The position numbers were made by a program, and so were the translations under genes. Source: Catajapyx aquilonaris (lineage: Eukaryota). From it: DNA of 64,000 nt. The notes under the pieces are model-generated. The model did not search any database. It saw only the letters and a list, made by a program, of their open reading frames with translations, and had not been told where the DNA came from. The DNA is taken from NCBI GenBank assembly GCA_000934665.2, contig KZ538019.1, forward strand, positions 62,001 through 126,000, read 5' to 3'. The first letter of the stretch is position 1, and every line of letters begins with the position of its first letter. Below, piece after piece: positions 35,429 through 49,352 of the stretch.

Positions 35429-37350
35429 AAGAGAACACTACTGTCCATTAATTCCACTTAAGGGCCTAGGCACATACTATTTATTCCAGATTAGTATTCA
35501 TACTCAATGCAGTTCATGCTCGGCAAGGTTGTGGAAAAGTCCCAATGGTAACTTATAATAATTAGGGGATGCCTGTTATGTACATGATGCAATTTTGGAA
35601 GTGTGTTTTGCAGGTACTTTGTACTGGTGCAGGGAAGAGCTGTTCGACAGTAATGGGCATGATTTGCCTAAAGCCAAAAATCCGTCACCGATGTTAGTTG
35701 GGCCCAAGAGTACACAGTTGAGGGACGTCAGCAGTTGTAGGAGAGGTGTAAAATGTTCCAAAATTACATAATGTAACATATGGATCGTCAATTTTTTCCA
35801 TGTTATTACAAAGTTTCTTTGAGGTGCTCCATAGGAATTTATTGTGTAGCTAATATTATTTCCACCATAAATATGAATTGAAACGTGGGAATCTTTCGTA
35901 CTTGGGATTTTATCTCTTAACTTTTTCCTTGCCAAAAGTTTGAACTTCCACATTGTAATGAAGTGTAAAAGTTATGCTGTTTAAGAAAACCACTCTGTGG
36001 GTTCATTACATGGTTGTTTTTGGGCCCTCGGGAAGTTCAAACTTGCCTCCAGGAAGTATGTTCTAGTGTAGCTTTCTTGTTCACTCACAAACTTGACACA
36101 AATCAAACACAATTTTAAAAGGTGTTGGGTTCACAATTTTTTTTCCAGCATATTACAATGAAAGATACTGGGGGTAAGGCACGACCCTTGTTTAGGTGTT
36201 TGCTGTGGAGGTTTGTAAAGTACGTACTTGGTTCTTGTTACGTCGGGACATCCAACGTGAGGATGAGGTGACCCGTAGGGTAGGGGCTAGGTCAAGTGGC
36301 AATGGTGCTCCTTTTGCCTTACCCTTGGTGGAAATTCCTTGAGATTAAGCTAGAGAAACTATGGGAGGAATGAAGCACTGAAACTGAGAATCTGATCAGA
36401 TGTGGGTTATTCCTCCATATGAGCTTTGTGTTACACTGTACCATTTGGCTTCCTATTTTGTCTTAGGTGCAGTTGCATCATCGATAGTAAACCTGGAACA
36501 ATGGATTAATCTTTTGTGCATAACGTGGATGAGCCACTAGTTCCGGATTTACCATCCATCACACAAATGCCAATATTGCTATTGTTTCACTAGTTTTTAA
36601 ATATCTCTGATCAGATCTGTTTGTATGTAAGCATTTATTATTGCTTAATTTCCACTGGCATACGGAGCTGATTTTAGTGCAATGGTAAAATTATTATTGC
36701 GAGAAATTTGTGCAATTTTTTAAAGGTACATGAGTCATGTTTATGTCAAATTGTACAGTTATTTTGTGCTATTACAAGAACTTAATTTTTGATGCATCGT
36801 CTTCCATTGGTTAATTAGAGATATTGGTTTTGTCTTAACTGATTAGCTGAAGTAATGTTCTGAGGAAGCATAACACAGCCTTTTGCAGTGAAATATGCTT
36901 TCATCAAACTTGTACATGCTTGCGACCATTTTTGATCCATCAACAAGAACATAACTAAGATCAAATGCACTTATGAATTGTAACTAATTATTCTTGCACC
37001 CTTTTTTTGTCATTTCAGTTTCTTGAGAATGAATTTCGCAATACTTCATTCATAGATACTACTTTTTTTTGTTCAGAGTAATATATTTGTAATTTTATGT
37101 TGACTTTTTGCTTGTTTTTTGCAAGATTATTCCACATGTCCTCGTACACTCTACTTTTGTTGCATTCTTTTTCACAAAAGGAAAGGGTGTTTCCAAAAAA
37201 TGTGTTGTGATAAGCTTTTATTTCCCATGCATTTTTTTCTGGTAATAAAACAATCAATAAAAATATTTCCTGTGATTGTCACTGTGATTGTCCGTAGTCC
37301 CCTCCTCCTCTTTACCCCCCCCCCTCCCTCCCCCAAAACAACAACAAAAA

Positions 37351-40300
37351 TCACCAAGGCCTCCAAATGGGGCCAGACTCGTCAGATGCACCATCCCTTA
37401 TCATCCTTTGAGCCAACTTGAACTTCACTTTGAAGGGAATGCAGGCCAGACTGGCAGCAACAACAGGCCTCTGCTTCTGACTCTTGCTGTCAACCGTGTG
37501 AGTGTTGCGTGCTGAGACCAGTTCTGGAGGAGGTGTTGAGGACGCCGGAGGTGGTAGCCCACACCTTAGGTGCTCCAGAAGCCGTGACTGCATCTCCGAT
37601 GGAAGGCGATCGGAGTCGTGGACAAACCGGGTGACTTCAGACACACAGTGGTGGTATCCCGCCTCAAACCGGCCAAGAGATTCAGATGTGGGTATGTTCT
37701 CTGTAACAAGCGACATGTTGAAAGCATTTTTGCACTAATGTTAGTGGAACATGCAACTGTCAAATGAGTCTCATGGCAGCAGTTCCATTTAATTATCCGG
37801 GTACCCACCAGAATTCCGGTTGCTGATGTCCCTGACGAACTTGACGGTCATCTCGAGTATGTCCGCCTTTTCCAGCTTGTGCCTCCTGATCTTGTCCGGG
37901 GAATCCGGGTTAATTGCGGAGAGAGGCGCAGACTTCTCCTCATTGTCCACCGATGAGTTGTAGCCCAGTAGAGTCTTGAGCTCCTCCAGACAGCTGTTGA
38001 TTCTAGCTCTGCGACGCTTCTCAATCAGAGGCTTCGTGATCTGCATAGCACAATAATTAGTCAGAGATTGATATATTAATAGGACTGCAACAGGTTGATT
38101 GCGTGTTGACCGCTTCATTTGCTACACGGCCGACTAATAAACGCTGAAGAATCCTGCTAAGGGCCTGTCCTAACAACCCAAATTGGGCTTCTAACAAGCA
38201 ATTCAGCCCCATTTTTTTGGGGTGTTTGGTCCTCCCCAATTTTTTCTCCCTTGATGTCTTACCATCATAAAGCTCGTGGAAAAAGAGGCATCTAATGTCA
38301 ACAATTGGGCGCCAGTGGTCCTAAACTAACCTGCGCGCCAGACACCTGTCCTCAAACGTGTCCTTATCAACCCCCCCAAAAATTGTGGGTGTCCCTGGTT
38401 CTAATGAGGAGATTCCGAGATGAGATCTGGAGTGGGACAAGGTCAAAGAGGGCCTGTTTAGAAGCTTGTTTTCCGGGGGCTGTAATATTACGTGAGCTCT
38501 TTTAACTTCCTATGGAGCCAGCCAGCCATCAAGAGAAGGGAAGCCTCGGGCTCTTTGTTTGAATATGTACCCAGTGTAGGTGGAGGCTTCATGCTCCAGA
38601 CATTTTGACCTGCATGAAAATGTTGGGAAAAAATGTGCAAGGTTATGCATAAATTCGTTTCTTTGAATTGTGACGGTAACAGTAGCGAACTATTGCTTTC
38701 GTCGAATATGAAATGTTGGACAGAACATGCTGGGAAATATTTAATGTGTTAGATATATACAGATATACTCGGATGCCATTAGCGTATAGTTACAGCACGC
38801 GCCATTTAAAATAATACAGTTAAGGTTCAATATCGTTACTTGGAAAGTTATACTCCAATGGCTTTCCCGCATACTGTAATGGCTATTGTGTCTACTGAAA
38901 TCTGCTGTCTGATGAGTCTCATCGTTTTGATGCAATACCAAGTCCCCCATAGTTGTGCGATTTAAAATTTGACTATTCATTTCTCTTTGATGAAAACTAC
39001 TGTTTTGTCCTATGTGTACTGTGCAGCTGCAGTACTTCACGCGATAGGCCAAACTCGCATGAATTTTTGATGTACGTTACAGGTGACTATAGCACAAAAC
39101 TCATCAACGTACACAAGCTATACCATTGAAATGAAGGCTCTCATGTAACCTATAGTACTCAAAGCTACAAAATATTTGCACTGAATCTGAAACAGAATGA
39201 GCCAAAATGACAAGTCCTTTCCTTGATCTGTGATATGACAGCTGAATCTATGATCTTTGATGTCAATATTGTAACACAAGCACCAGCCTTTGTCATTCAT
39301 TTTCTGCAAATATACGTCGATCGCAATTTTATTTGCACTCCACTGTAAATGAAGTGCTATCGCTATGAATATCCTGCGCTATACGTATTAAAAAGACCCT
39401 CCTTCAAGTTTTGTATACGGTTCTCGATATTTCTGAAGGATGCAGTGAATAGATGGTGTCGAGTTCCTCTCGCGGTCTGAGCAGGGTTTTTGTGTGCATT
39501 GGATTGGACACCACCCGGACCCTGGGTTGTTTGCGGGTTAGTGCTGGAAATGGGGTTTGCAGAAGAGGTGGTTAACAAACAATTAGGTTTGTTGACAGGA
39601 CTGGAGGAATGCTCATTTGGAAAAAAACGGTCCTTTTTTGCTTGGATTTGTGGGTGTGTGTGTGTGACACAGACATTTGTTTCCGAGGACTCCATATATC
39701 GAAATGATGCCAGAATTGGATGTATAGGATTTCTGGGCCAGGTTTATTCACCCGAGGCTGTGCAATATCGTCGAGGGTTTATTGAAGCCAAATATCCGGT
39801 TGTATCTCCACGGGATGGTTCAGTGATCCATTTTTTAGAGATAACCCCCTATAGAGAGCGATCCTAAAATGTGCAACTAAAACCCCATTCGCATCATAAT
39901 ATAAGCGGATTATGGCCCTTCGTAAGTAACATGCCAGAAGCATACATTGCACATTGAAAGGTTACTTTTGAAAGTGTCGCCAAATTTTAAGTCCCATATC
40001 TTTGACATTGCCCACAATATTACCGAACAGCACATGCAGCATACTGTATAGTAACAATTCTGCAGGATATTGCCAGAACGTGATGTCAAAAAGTAATTCA
40101 GAAACTTCATTTGCATAATTTGACTCTGATCCCCTCCCCCCCATAAAACAAGCGGTACAAAGTCACCAATGAGACTGCAAGGATAAGTTATTTGTTAATT
40201 TATGAATGGTATACCTGCAAAACTATACGTCACATGCAAACGTTTCATACCTGCAGGAACTGTCATAAAATCTCCATGTACATTATTACTGCATGCCCTT

Positions 40301-40747
40301 CATTGAGGTGTGTGTAATCAATGAAACTTGTACCGGTGCAATTTGAGTTCCGCCTGTCGCAGATGTGATTTTTTTAGAAATTGATTAATTTAAAACCCGT
40401 CTTATTAAAGACATGTTCTTGGCATCCGGATCGATGTATCATTAGTTTGTTCTTGGCCTATACTCGCTGCAAGATTGTCAAAATAAGTAGCAGAATTCGT
40501 CTCACTTTTTCATCAACATACTCTCCTGCAGCATTATTAGACCTAATGCATGCAGAGAGCAGAGCTCATCTTACTTCATCGTAAACAACTTTTAGTACTG
40601 CCTTGTATATTAGCTCTATCCGGTTTTATCTACTAATGTGGAATGTCTCGAAATGTCTCAATTGATTAAACACGAGCGTTTGCTTACCTTCCTCCTTAGA
40701 CTAGCCTTGGTGACTTTTCCAAACCCAGCAGCCTGTCCCAGAGCCAT
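37351..40747 (-). CDS. Hairy/Enhancer-of-split (HES) bHLH-Orange repressor with C-terminal WRPW, 213 aa
   Basis: Exons (minus) 40747-40688 ([20 protein letters not shown]|gtaagc), 38040-37809 ([24 protein letters not shown]...[15 protein letters not shown]) and 37700-37351 (Orange [17 protein letters not shown]...RLLEHL; ends IWRPW*). Basic-region proline present; in-frame TGA 12 nt upstream of the ATG. Exact paralog (hairy/dpn/E(spl)/side/HES1-like) not assignable by eye. Confidence 0.92.
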
Positions 40748-43700
40748 GTCCGGCTTGTATCACAAAGTGTCCCAACTCAGAGGTGAGGCCACGTGCTGTT
40801 TCACCACTGGTGGTTGATGCTCCTCCTCTGCTGGTCGGAGGCCTTCTGAGGTCCACGGGTGGCCACTGTGGGCAATTTCAAAAACCGGGCCACGCGACCC
40901 TCCAGAAGAACCACTGTTGCCAAAACTTGTGAAGGAAAAAAGGACCGGATCTTTGAGTGAAGAAGTTAGATTAATGGGAATGGTTCTGAAATTGAGATAG
41001 CGGACTGGAGCCGTGTCTGTAGACAGCAAGAAAGAATCTGGTTGCCGTAGGATCGATTTGGCAGCCAGAATGGATTCGTTCGATGGCAGAATCCCCGGGT
41101 TGCGTTTTTTATGTGAAAAAAAGTCCCGTTTTCTCGCAGAAAATCCGATCAATTGAAGAAGGCACTTAGGAGAACCGGCGATTTTGAATATTGCATACTG
41201 TCTGGGGAAAAGTACTTGAATTTTACTCTAGGGAACCACTGGCGAAATTCTCAAACCCAGATATGCCTAGCGCAGTACGTCAATAGTCCATAAAAATATA
41301 TAAAAAATTAAACAAAAATAATTCGGTGCAAATCAGTGACAAAAGCTCATGTATTGACGCAACGAATCGATATCATCACTGATAACCTTTCCCCCCGATT
41401 ATTGGCGAACAATGCGCTGAAGGCTTCATTGAAAATCCTGCCCCATAAACAACAGTTTGAAAGTGAAGGGGGGGAAATTAGGAAAATACTTTGGACCCCC
41501 ACACACAATTTATTTGACCAACCCTCCTGGAGCTTCTCTCGTAGGTCACACTTCGCGGTTTTGCAGTAAATCCGTCAGGTTCCACTTGGAACCCTCACTC
41601 TTGGGGGTAAATGTGAAAGGCGACTTAATTGGGTCCGAAACTACGTGTGTGGCATACCACTTGAAACAAACACCAGATGTCATAAATCACTGGTATATGT
41701 ACAGTACTTTGATTGCAGCACTATAATTGTTCCGCCATTTTTCTTTCATGGAACACGTGCAAAGAGGATGACGACACCAAGCGACGCTCGTTACGTCACT
41801 GATGGGCACATAATAGGTACAAACTGGCAACGACCGAGATTCCTGGATGACGGTTACCCCGCAGGTGTGCCTCTTGGGTGGTTGGGTCTCAGTCTTCTTC
41901 TTCCTGGCCCTTTTCTTCTCTTTTTCTAACAGGGAGGTGCCTGTTTTGGAAAGGCCTAAGCAAGCTTACCAACAAAACATCACTTTAGCCCATGTTTAGC
42001 CACGATGTACACTTAACCCGGACCAATCAGAACATACAGGTAAATACACCAAAATTCAGCAAATATGTGCCAAAATGTAGGCCCTCAAATATTGAGGGGA
42101 GGTTCCAACTTGCCCATTTGTAGGCCCAACCAAAGTTGGCAGTTCTGAGCAAAAAAAGGAGCCATGAAGAAGGCAGGGGTGTTGTCAATAGGGTCAAGAA
42201 TGGGGGAGGGTGGGGAGGTGCCCTTCAGAGGCCTCCTAAAAGAGCAAAAAGGGAGAAAAGACGCAAGAAAAGAGGACCAAGGAGTGACTCCACTTTGCTT
42301 TGTCAGGAGCAGGACCAAGTTCGGACTTGCTAACTTGCAAATTGGACCGCCGAGAGCTGCGAATTGGATGGTTCCATGCACATCTTCCGGACGAAGAAGT
42401 ACCTTCCATTTTCCACCAAGTCTTGAAACTTCTTTTTTTGGGGGGAGGAAACTCCAAAATTTGTTCCTGGCTTAGTACCTCGCCAATTGGCTCTACAGTT
42501 TCATAACTATATTTTGATTTCTCGTTTAGTTCTACTAAGTAGTCTTTATGAGGCTCCTAATACTATTTTACGACATCTTGGCTGAAGTTTCGGGCGATGA
42601 CATAAAAGTTCATTTTTTTTTGGTGGGGAGTTAACCAGTGGTGTTTATTGCCGCTCGTTTACCTCCAGTTTATCCAGATAGTTATGCAATCTCAAGGGCA
42701 GTAGCATTTTGATCCTTGGATCGAAAATAATTATGTCGACCTTTGGGTATGATCACAAGGGGAGGCCAATAATTTTTTTTTTCGGGGTAGGCCAATAAGG
42801 GAAAACGAAGGGTTGGAGCGGCTATTTCCAAGGGATATTAAGCAGACCGGGGATAATTGGTTGGCAAATAGCTTGGACGGTTTTTGGGTTATACACGTCA
42901 TGGCCCCCAGAGGGAATGGCTTCATGCCAAGCATTGACTTTTCAGATTTTCGAATTTAATTCTGTAATGTAAAGGGAGGGGACTGCTGGATGTGACTACA
43001 AAAAAATTTGTGTGCTGCGGTGGAAGCCATGCAAAAGAGTCGCGAGGACTTTTTTTTCTGTCCTCGTTTATGGAATTTCAGTGATGCCGTTATGTCAGAT
43101 CCACTTGGCCAGTTTTAAATTATTGACCCACATAGAATGAGCTTGCCTTTTTTGGGGGTCAGTCGGGTAGAGGTCACCTTGTAACCTTTTGGCTGTAACG
43201 CCTCGTTAATCCAATGTACGCAATATGATCTAACAAATTTGTTCTATCGAGATGTTCCAATAATTCAGACCATTCAGGCTGTTAAAAATTATCTTGAACA
43301 ACCTGAATGGCCGTAGATTGTAACCAAAAGATTCCTCAAGTGGGAATGTTGTAACGCCGCAGTAATTAAATTCATTTTGGGCTACACAAAGGCAGTATAG
43401 TTAACTTGTGCTTGCTGCTTCCAACTTCTCGCTTCTAGTAATTTCCCAGGATCTCATCACAGTTCCTCGAAGCAGCACGAAAGACGTATAAACAATTACC
43501 AAGTCCCGAAAATTGTTCCTCGGGGGCCAGATAAGCCAAAGGTCTCCCTAAGGATTACGTAATAAAATGGGAGGGGGGGGGGAGTTTACAATGGCTGATA
43601 GTTGTCTGATTTTAGATAATTACTTTTTAGAAGAAAATAGTTTTGTGCAGTTCTCATAGCGGGTGTGATCTGATGTATCTTAGGCACACTTCTAATGCGT

Positions 43701-46700
43701 CTCGGATAGCAAGCCATGAAATTATGTGTGGCCAAGTATCTCTCAGTTGCAACCAAGGGTGGTAATCGGGCACAGAGTGTAACTCGAATCCGGAGGGTCA
43801 CGCTACTTCTTCTTCCCCGGATCCCTCCTGGAGTCCCCCACATCTGTCCTGAAAGCTCCTTTTGGGAAGATGATTCGCCACGCTCTGGCCCTTGGATGGA
43901 ACAAGATGGACGAGCAAGGCCTGGGCTCACCATTCACACGTGTACAGCTGGGCGAAGTGTTGCCAACTCGGCCAAAGAATCCGGATAATCGCTGTAATAA
44001 ACCAGGCCTCTAATTTATACCGGCGGTTATTACACTCAGTACCCGCATGCATGCACCGGTAATTTCATCCGGATTGTAGCATTAAATCCGGGCAACTGCA
44101 TTCTTAATCCTGGCTTGGACATGCAAGGCAACAGGGCTTGGAAGCTCCTTTCAACCCGATTCGTCGCGGATTTCAGACGTCATCAGGGGCCATGGCGAAC
44201 CGACCATAACTCAGGTGATTTTTCGGAACGAATATAATGCATAGAAGCGGCATAATGACGCTCTTTGGAAGATGAAAAAAATAGAAGAGCCAGGAAAATA
44301 TTCAGGACCCTTCCTTGGAAAGCGCTTCTGTGAAGAGAGACGCACCTTGAAAGGCGTATCATTCGAAGGATAGTCACGTGCAGCTTTTTGGTTTCAATGC
44401 CCAGGAATGCTTTCTATGCTCGGTTCCGCTCTATATAAGGTATAATATGTACGCCTTTTTGTAAAATGTATATGGGCAGACCCCGTGTGGTGAGAAGCAG
44501 GTGTTGAGATGTAGTTGGCTGATTGATCCGATGCTGATCAGATGGAACGAATAAATTCGTTTGAGTAATGGAACAGGTCGAGGTAGCGGCGTAAGAAATT
44601 ATTCTGACATTCCCGATGGTGTTACATGTCGGCCAGAGTAACGTGTTAACTACAGAAAAACATGTTCCTACTATAATTCAATGCTATTCGAACGGGACTT
44701 GCAGTTTAGCTGAAATATTGAGCAATCGAGCAAAATGTTGCAAGAGCTGTGATTTGCTCCTGGAATAAAGTATTTCTCGTCGTGTCCTCTGGTGCTAATC
44801 TAGTGAGACGGGCAACAGGAGGCACTTGTAATTAGATAAAAGGGCGGTAGTGTTGCATAGAGAAGGAACTTTGCCAGTAGCAGCAGGCCCAGGCTTGAAA
44901 GGAAAGCAATCATTGTCTCTGCTGCTCGCTCCTCTTGCTGCATTAATGCAGCACACATTGTTGGGTCTTATAATTCATTCCGGGGGCCTCACTCCTTCCT
45001 TCCCTATACCCCCCCAGTATCCATGGAAACTGGTCCTTTTGCAAAGAGAAAAGCGGAGGCAGCAGCACCAGAGTGAGAGAGCTATGTAGTTTAGTATAAG
45101 GGTGGGGTGGGGTGGGTTGGGGAGAGAGAAAGAAATATATATGTGGCCGAAGCCGAGCTGAAACGGGTTTGGATGGATTCCCAGGCTCGGATGAGCGGAT
45201 TTTGCCTGCAAAGTGTGGGTGTCCCCATGAAGGAAAACTACTCAGATATTACAAGACGAAGTAACTTATTTCACTGTGACGATATCTGCTCCATTACGAA
45301 TAAAATCGCGGAATAAATTATTGTGTGTCGTCTGCTCATAAATATTCGAGTCTGCGGAATATTCCAGTCGTATAGTCTTAGAAGACATCTCAATTATCAC
45401 CATAAAATCAACAACTGACCACTTTATTCAACCAGATAGTACAGACATCAGAATGTAACTATCAGATTCAGTAAGATTTAGTTGAATGAACTGTGATGGA
45501 AAGGAACCTCGCACCTTGTATATTTATGATACTTCGGCAATATTAATATGTCCCCGGCAAGTACAATTTACAAATTAATAAAAGCCAAGCTTTCCAGCGA
45601 GAGAAAGTACCGTAAAATTCGGGCATATTCCTTTAGGGGCCAAATAATTGAACAAAAATTCATATTATTGCTGTGCTGTGGTATGAATAAAAAATCAATC
45701 TTGAATCTGAGTCGTTCCGAGTATAGTATGACGCGTCGGGCAGAACGTTATTTCCCAAGTGATCCCGAGAGCTACACTGCTCTCGTATAATAACAGTGGA
45801 ACCTGTCGCCTATAGCAGACACGCTCAATTTTTCAAAATATGTGACAAAAATACAGTGAAAATCATTTGTATATTAGGTACGTTTCCGTTTTATCCACAG
45901 GGTCCGTTTCACTCTACACTCATTTTGGGTGAATCTCACAATAGGGTCTACTATTATTATTAGTCTGCAATTCCACTGAGACCTACAGTATATGGAGCGC
46001 ACAAAACTGTAACTTTAATGATGCCAGTAAGACCGGCTAAATTGGGCTCGTTACGTAAAGTAATTCTGTAACGAACCTATTTTTCCATGCAAATTACGAA
46101 GTTTGTATTTTTTACTGCATTCTAGAGTCCGGATGTTTTCTTAATGGCTATTGCATGATTTAAGGAACAGATGAGAGCAACTGAATCCGTCACTTATACA
46201 ACATTCATATAAGTAAGAAACTAAAGCAACAAAAGTTGGAGGAAAATCAGGTTAAATAAGTCATCTTGTGCCGGTTGCTGGAGTGACAAGAAAAATGAAT
46301 TTGTTCTCTCCCCTAGCTCGATGCTAAGTGCCTCCATTCGTAATTGGACCTTCATTACGCATGCATCGGTTCGGATATTCGCCGGCTGCAATTACCCAGA
46401 TTGTTGACCTTTCATTCCATACTCATCACCGCCCAACTTGTCCATTTTCAGCCCGATTGTTATCATTCTGCATACCAGCAATGGGGACCATGATTGATAA
46501 CACTTCCTACCCGATGTATTGTGATATTTTTGGCCGCTTGATCTGTAGACTTGTGGCTATAAGTGCAGAGTACTGTATTTTGACTGCCTCATTTTTGAGG
46601 TGTACATAGGGCAAGGTTAATTAAATGGAAATGTTGCTCCCAGATCTTATGCACCGTATAATTAGATGAATATTTTTCCATTGCGCTGTACCCATTTTTT

Positions 46701-49352
46701 TACAGAGTATGTAGCCTACATTTTCCTATTTGAACATATGCAGGCGTGGGTCAATTACCAAAATAAATCTAGTTAGCACTGTACGTACCGTAGCAAATTT
46801 TGCAAAAAAATTATGCTGATGTATGTATCCTCCCTTACCTTTTACTTGGAAATGACTCGCATTAAAATTCGGCGCGACCTGTTTGTAGCAGGACAAACAA
46901 TGCAGCAGCAGCCGGCTTTGTACCGTGCAACGCGTCTAGTCAGCCTGGCGATAATCATGCTTGTTTTCCCATAAACCGCCCAAAGTGGATTGCTGCAGTA
47001 TTATTACACCAGCCTCTGATTTGGAGCGTCATTAATATGAATGATGAGGGAGGGTTTCGCAAAAGGTCATCCGGCCACACACACCTGTAGCCACAGCCAA
47101 TCACATCTATATAATTATAAAAGCAGATAACTTGTACCCATGCCACCTGATATTCCAACTCCCCCACGATGGATGAAACTCTGTCCAAAAATTCATTTGA
47201 AAAATATGATGGTGAATAATTTTATGCACACACATTATATGCAGTAGGCTTGCAATGTATATTATTTATACTTGTTGGTATTTTTATGCGTCAGTCGAAT
47301 GTGAATTAAATTATGCACAAACTGGATATTTTTAGGCATTTAGACGTGAAGTGCATCAGTACGAAGTGGATAAATAAATGCGTGGCCTGTCCTTCAGTAG
47401 ATGAATACATCGTAACAATAATAGTAAAACACACACAGGACAATGGGTGCAACTAGCCAAGTGCTGTTTATATCTTGTGCTTTGACATTCCCGCTTGGCA
47501 GAATTAATCCTGGCTGCTATCAGGCTGCGTTCCCTTTCCTGCTGCTTTATTCCTCCTCATTAATTTCCTTTGAAGGAAGGGGGGGAGACGGTTTTAACAT
47601 GATTTAAGGCTCAGCGGACGGGAGACCAAAGAAACCATAAACCTACCATCGGTGGCTCAATGAAGTCTTCTTCCAGAAATTTACGCCCGACTAGGCTTCC
47701 TCGCCCAAGGTCTGTCGGCAAAATAAAGCTGGGCCCTTTTCAGAGCGGTTCTGGCCTAGGTTTTTTTTTCAGTATATATTTTTTCTGTCTTTTCCTATCC
47801 CTGCCTCCCTCCCCCGGAACATGGCCAAAGAGCCACTAACACTGGCCAAAACCGGCCTTGGCTGCTGTTATCGGACAGACCGAATGGTTTACAGGATTAA
47901 GGTCCGGATTTCTCTGCTTCCAAATCACTTTCCTGGCCGGCAATTCACTAACTTGTGCGGCACAAATGCAAGAGTATTAGGCCTCCCCCAACACAAACCC
48001 ATGGAACTGTGAAAAATCTCTTTTCATCGCTAGTTGTTGTTTTGTCCCACACGAATAGAGCATGATTTCGCTCAATTTTTCCGCTATACACTGAATTCAT
48101 TTTATTTTCAACTTACTATACCTAGCATTATGTAGGATCTTGTACAAATGTTGGTTTTGTAGGTATTGCGTCAGCATTTCATTTATGATCAGAGAAATAT
48201 TTTAAAAAATTAATTAAAATCATTGATGCATATAGTCGCAATATATAAACACATTTCTGAAATATTTGACTGGGCGTCACTTTTAATAAGCTATAGTCTC
48301 TTGTTGCATGTTGCAGACCAGCAAACCGTGTTGGACTAACAACCCGTTAATGTGGCCAAACTAATTCTGAGTTATCCGGGCCTTGTCCAGCACTGGGGAA
48401 AAGGCTTGGTGTTTGCAGGGATGCATGATGTATAAACGGACGTGGCATATTATCCCCGGTTTCATGCTGATTTCACCGCTGGGCCGTCGCAGGGAATTAT
48501 GCTCGGTGGGTCGGAAACTTAGCAATCCGGAAGGAAAATCCGGTGTAAACAAGGCCCCCTCGCTTTATAGTTGTTATGAAAAGATGACCGAGGGCGAAAG
48601 GTTTGAGTGGTTTTTCTATAAGGTTTCTTAAAGACGGTGTGCCGACCCAAGATAAGCTGCTGGCATTTTAATGTTGGAGGGGCATCCAATTGGCCCCATT
48701 ATGTTATGGTCTGCCCTCCACTATTCAGGCTGGACCAGGTGAAACGTTTCATTATTCATGCAATTCACGCTCTGATGGACTCTGTAATGTATAGTCAACA
48801 AAATGGTGCAACCTCAACAATTTGTCTTCATATATTTTGCTTTGAACTATCCCGAAATTATTACACAACGAAGCTGGCAGATTGAGTGTAGCTGGCAAGT
48901 CTCCGGAAGTTTGAGCGTTACTGTGAGTTGTTACTTGTTAGCAAAAGTTATTGCTCAAAATCGGAGGTTTTGTACGGCAAACTTGTATCACGACATAATT
49001 TGGAGGAGCTGTTGTCATATTCTGCGCAGATTTAATATAAGGAAGACCCCGATTGGCTTACGTCCTATATAGTGCAAATTCAATCTTAATAAATAAATAA
49101 ATTTTTACGGAAACTTGCTGATTACCAATCTGCATGTTTTCTTATAGTCAGCTGCGACTCTAATTTACGAGCCTCAAAATTATGCAGCTTCTGTAAATAC
49201 AAAGTCTGATAACTTGTCTAACGTATTCAAACATCTTGCACATGCAGCGTTAATAACCCCGGGAATAATTGGTGCAAAAGCCCGGAGCCGGTACACTGTA
49301 TGGAGCTCAACTTTTCGTCACCTTTGTGCCTCCTGGCCACAAAAGCTCGTCT

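Noticed and set aside
37205..37290. Three TGTGAT K-box-like motifs and AGCTTT next to the HES 3' end
   Set aside because: They are on the plus strand, antisense to the HES mRNA, so they cannot be E(spl)-type K/Brd boxes for HES.
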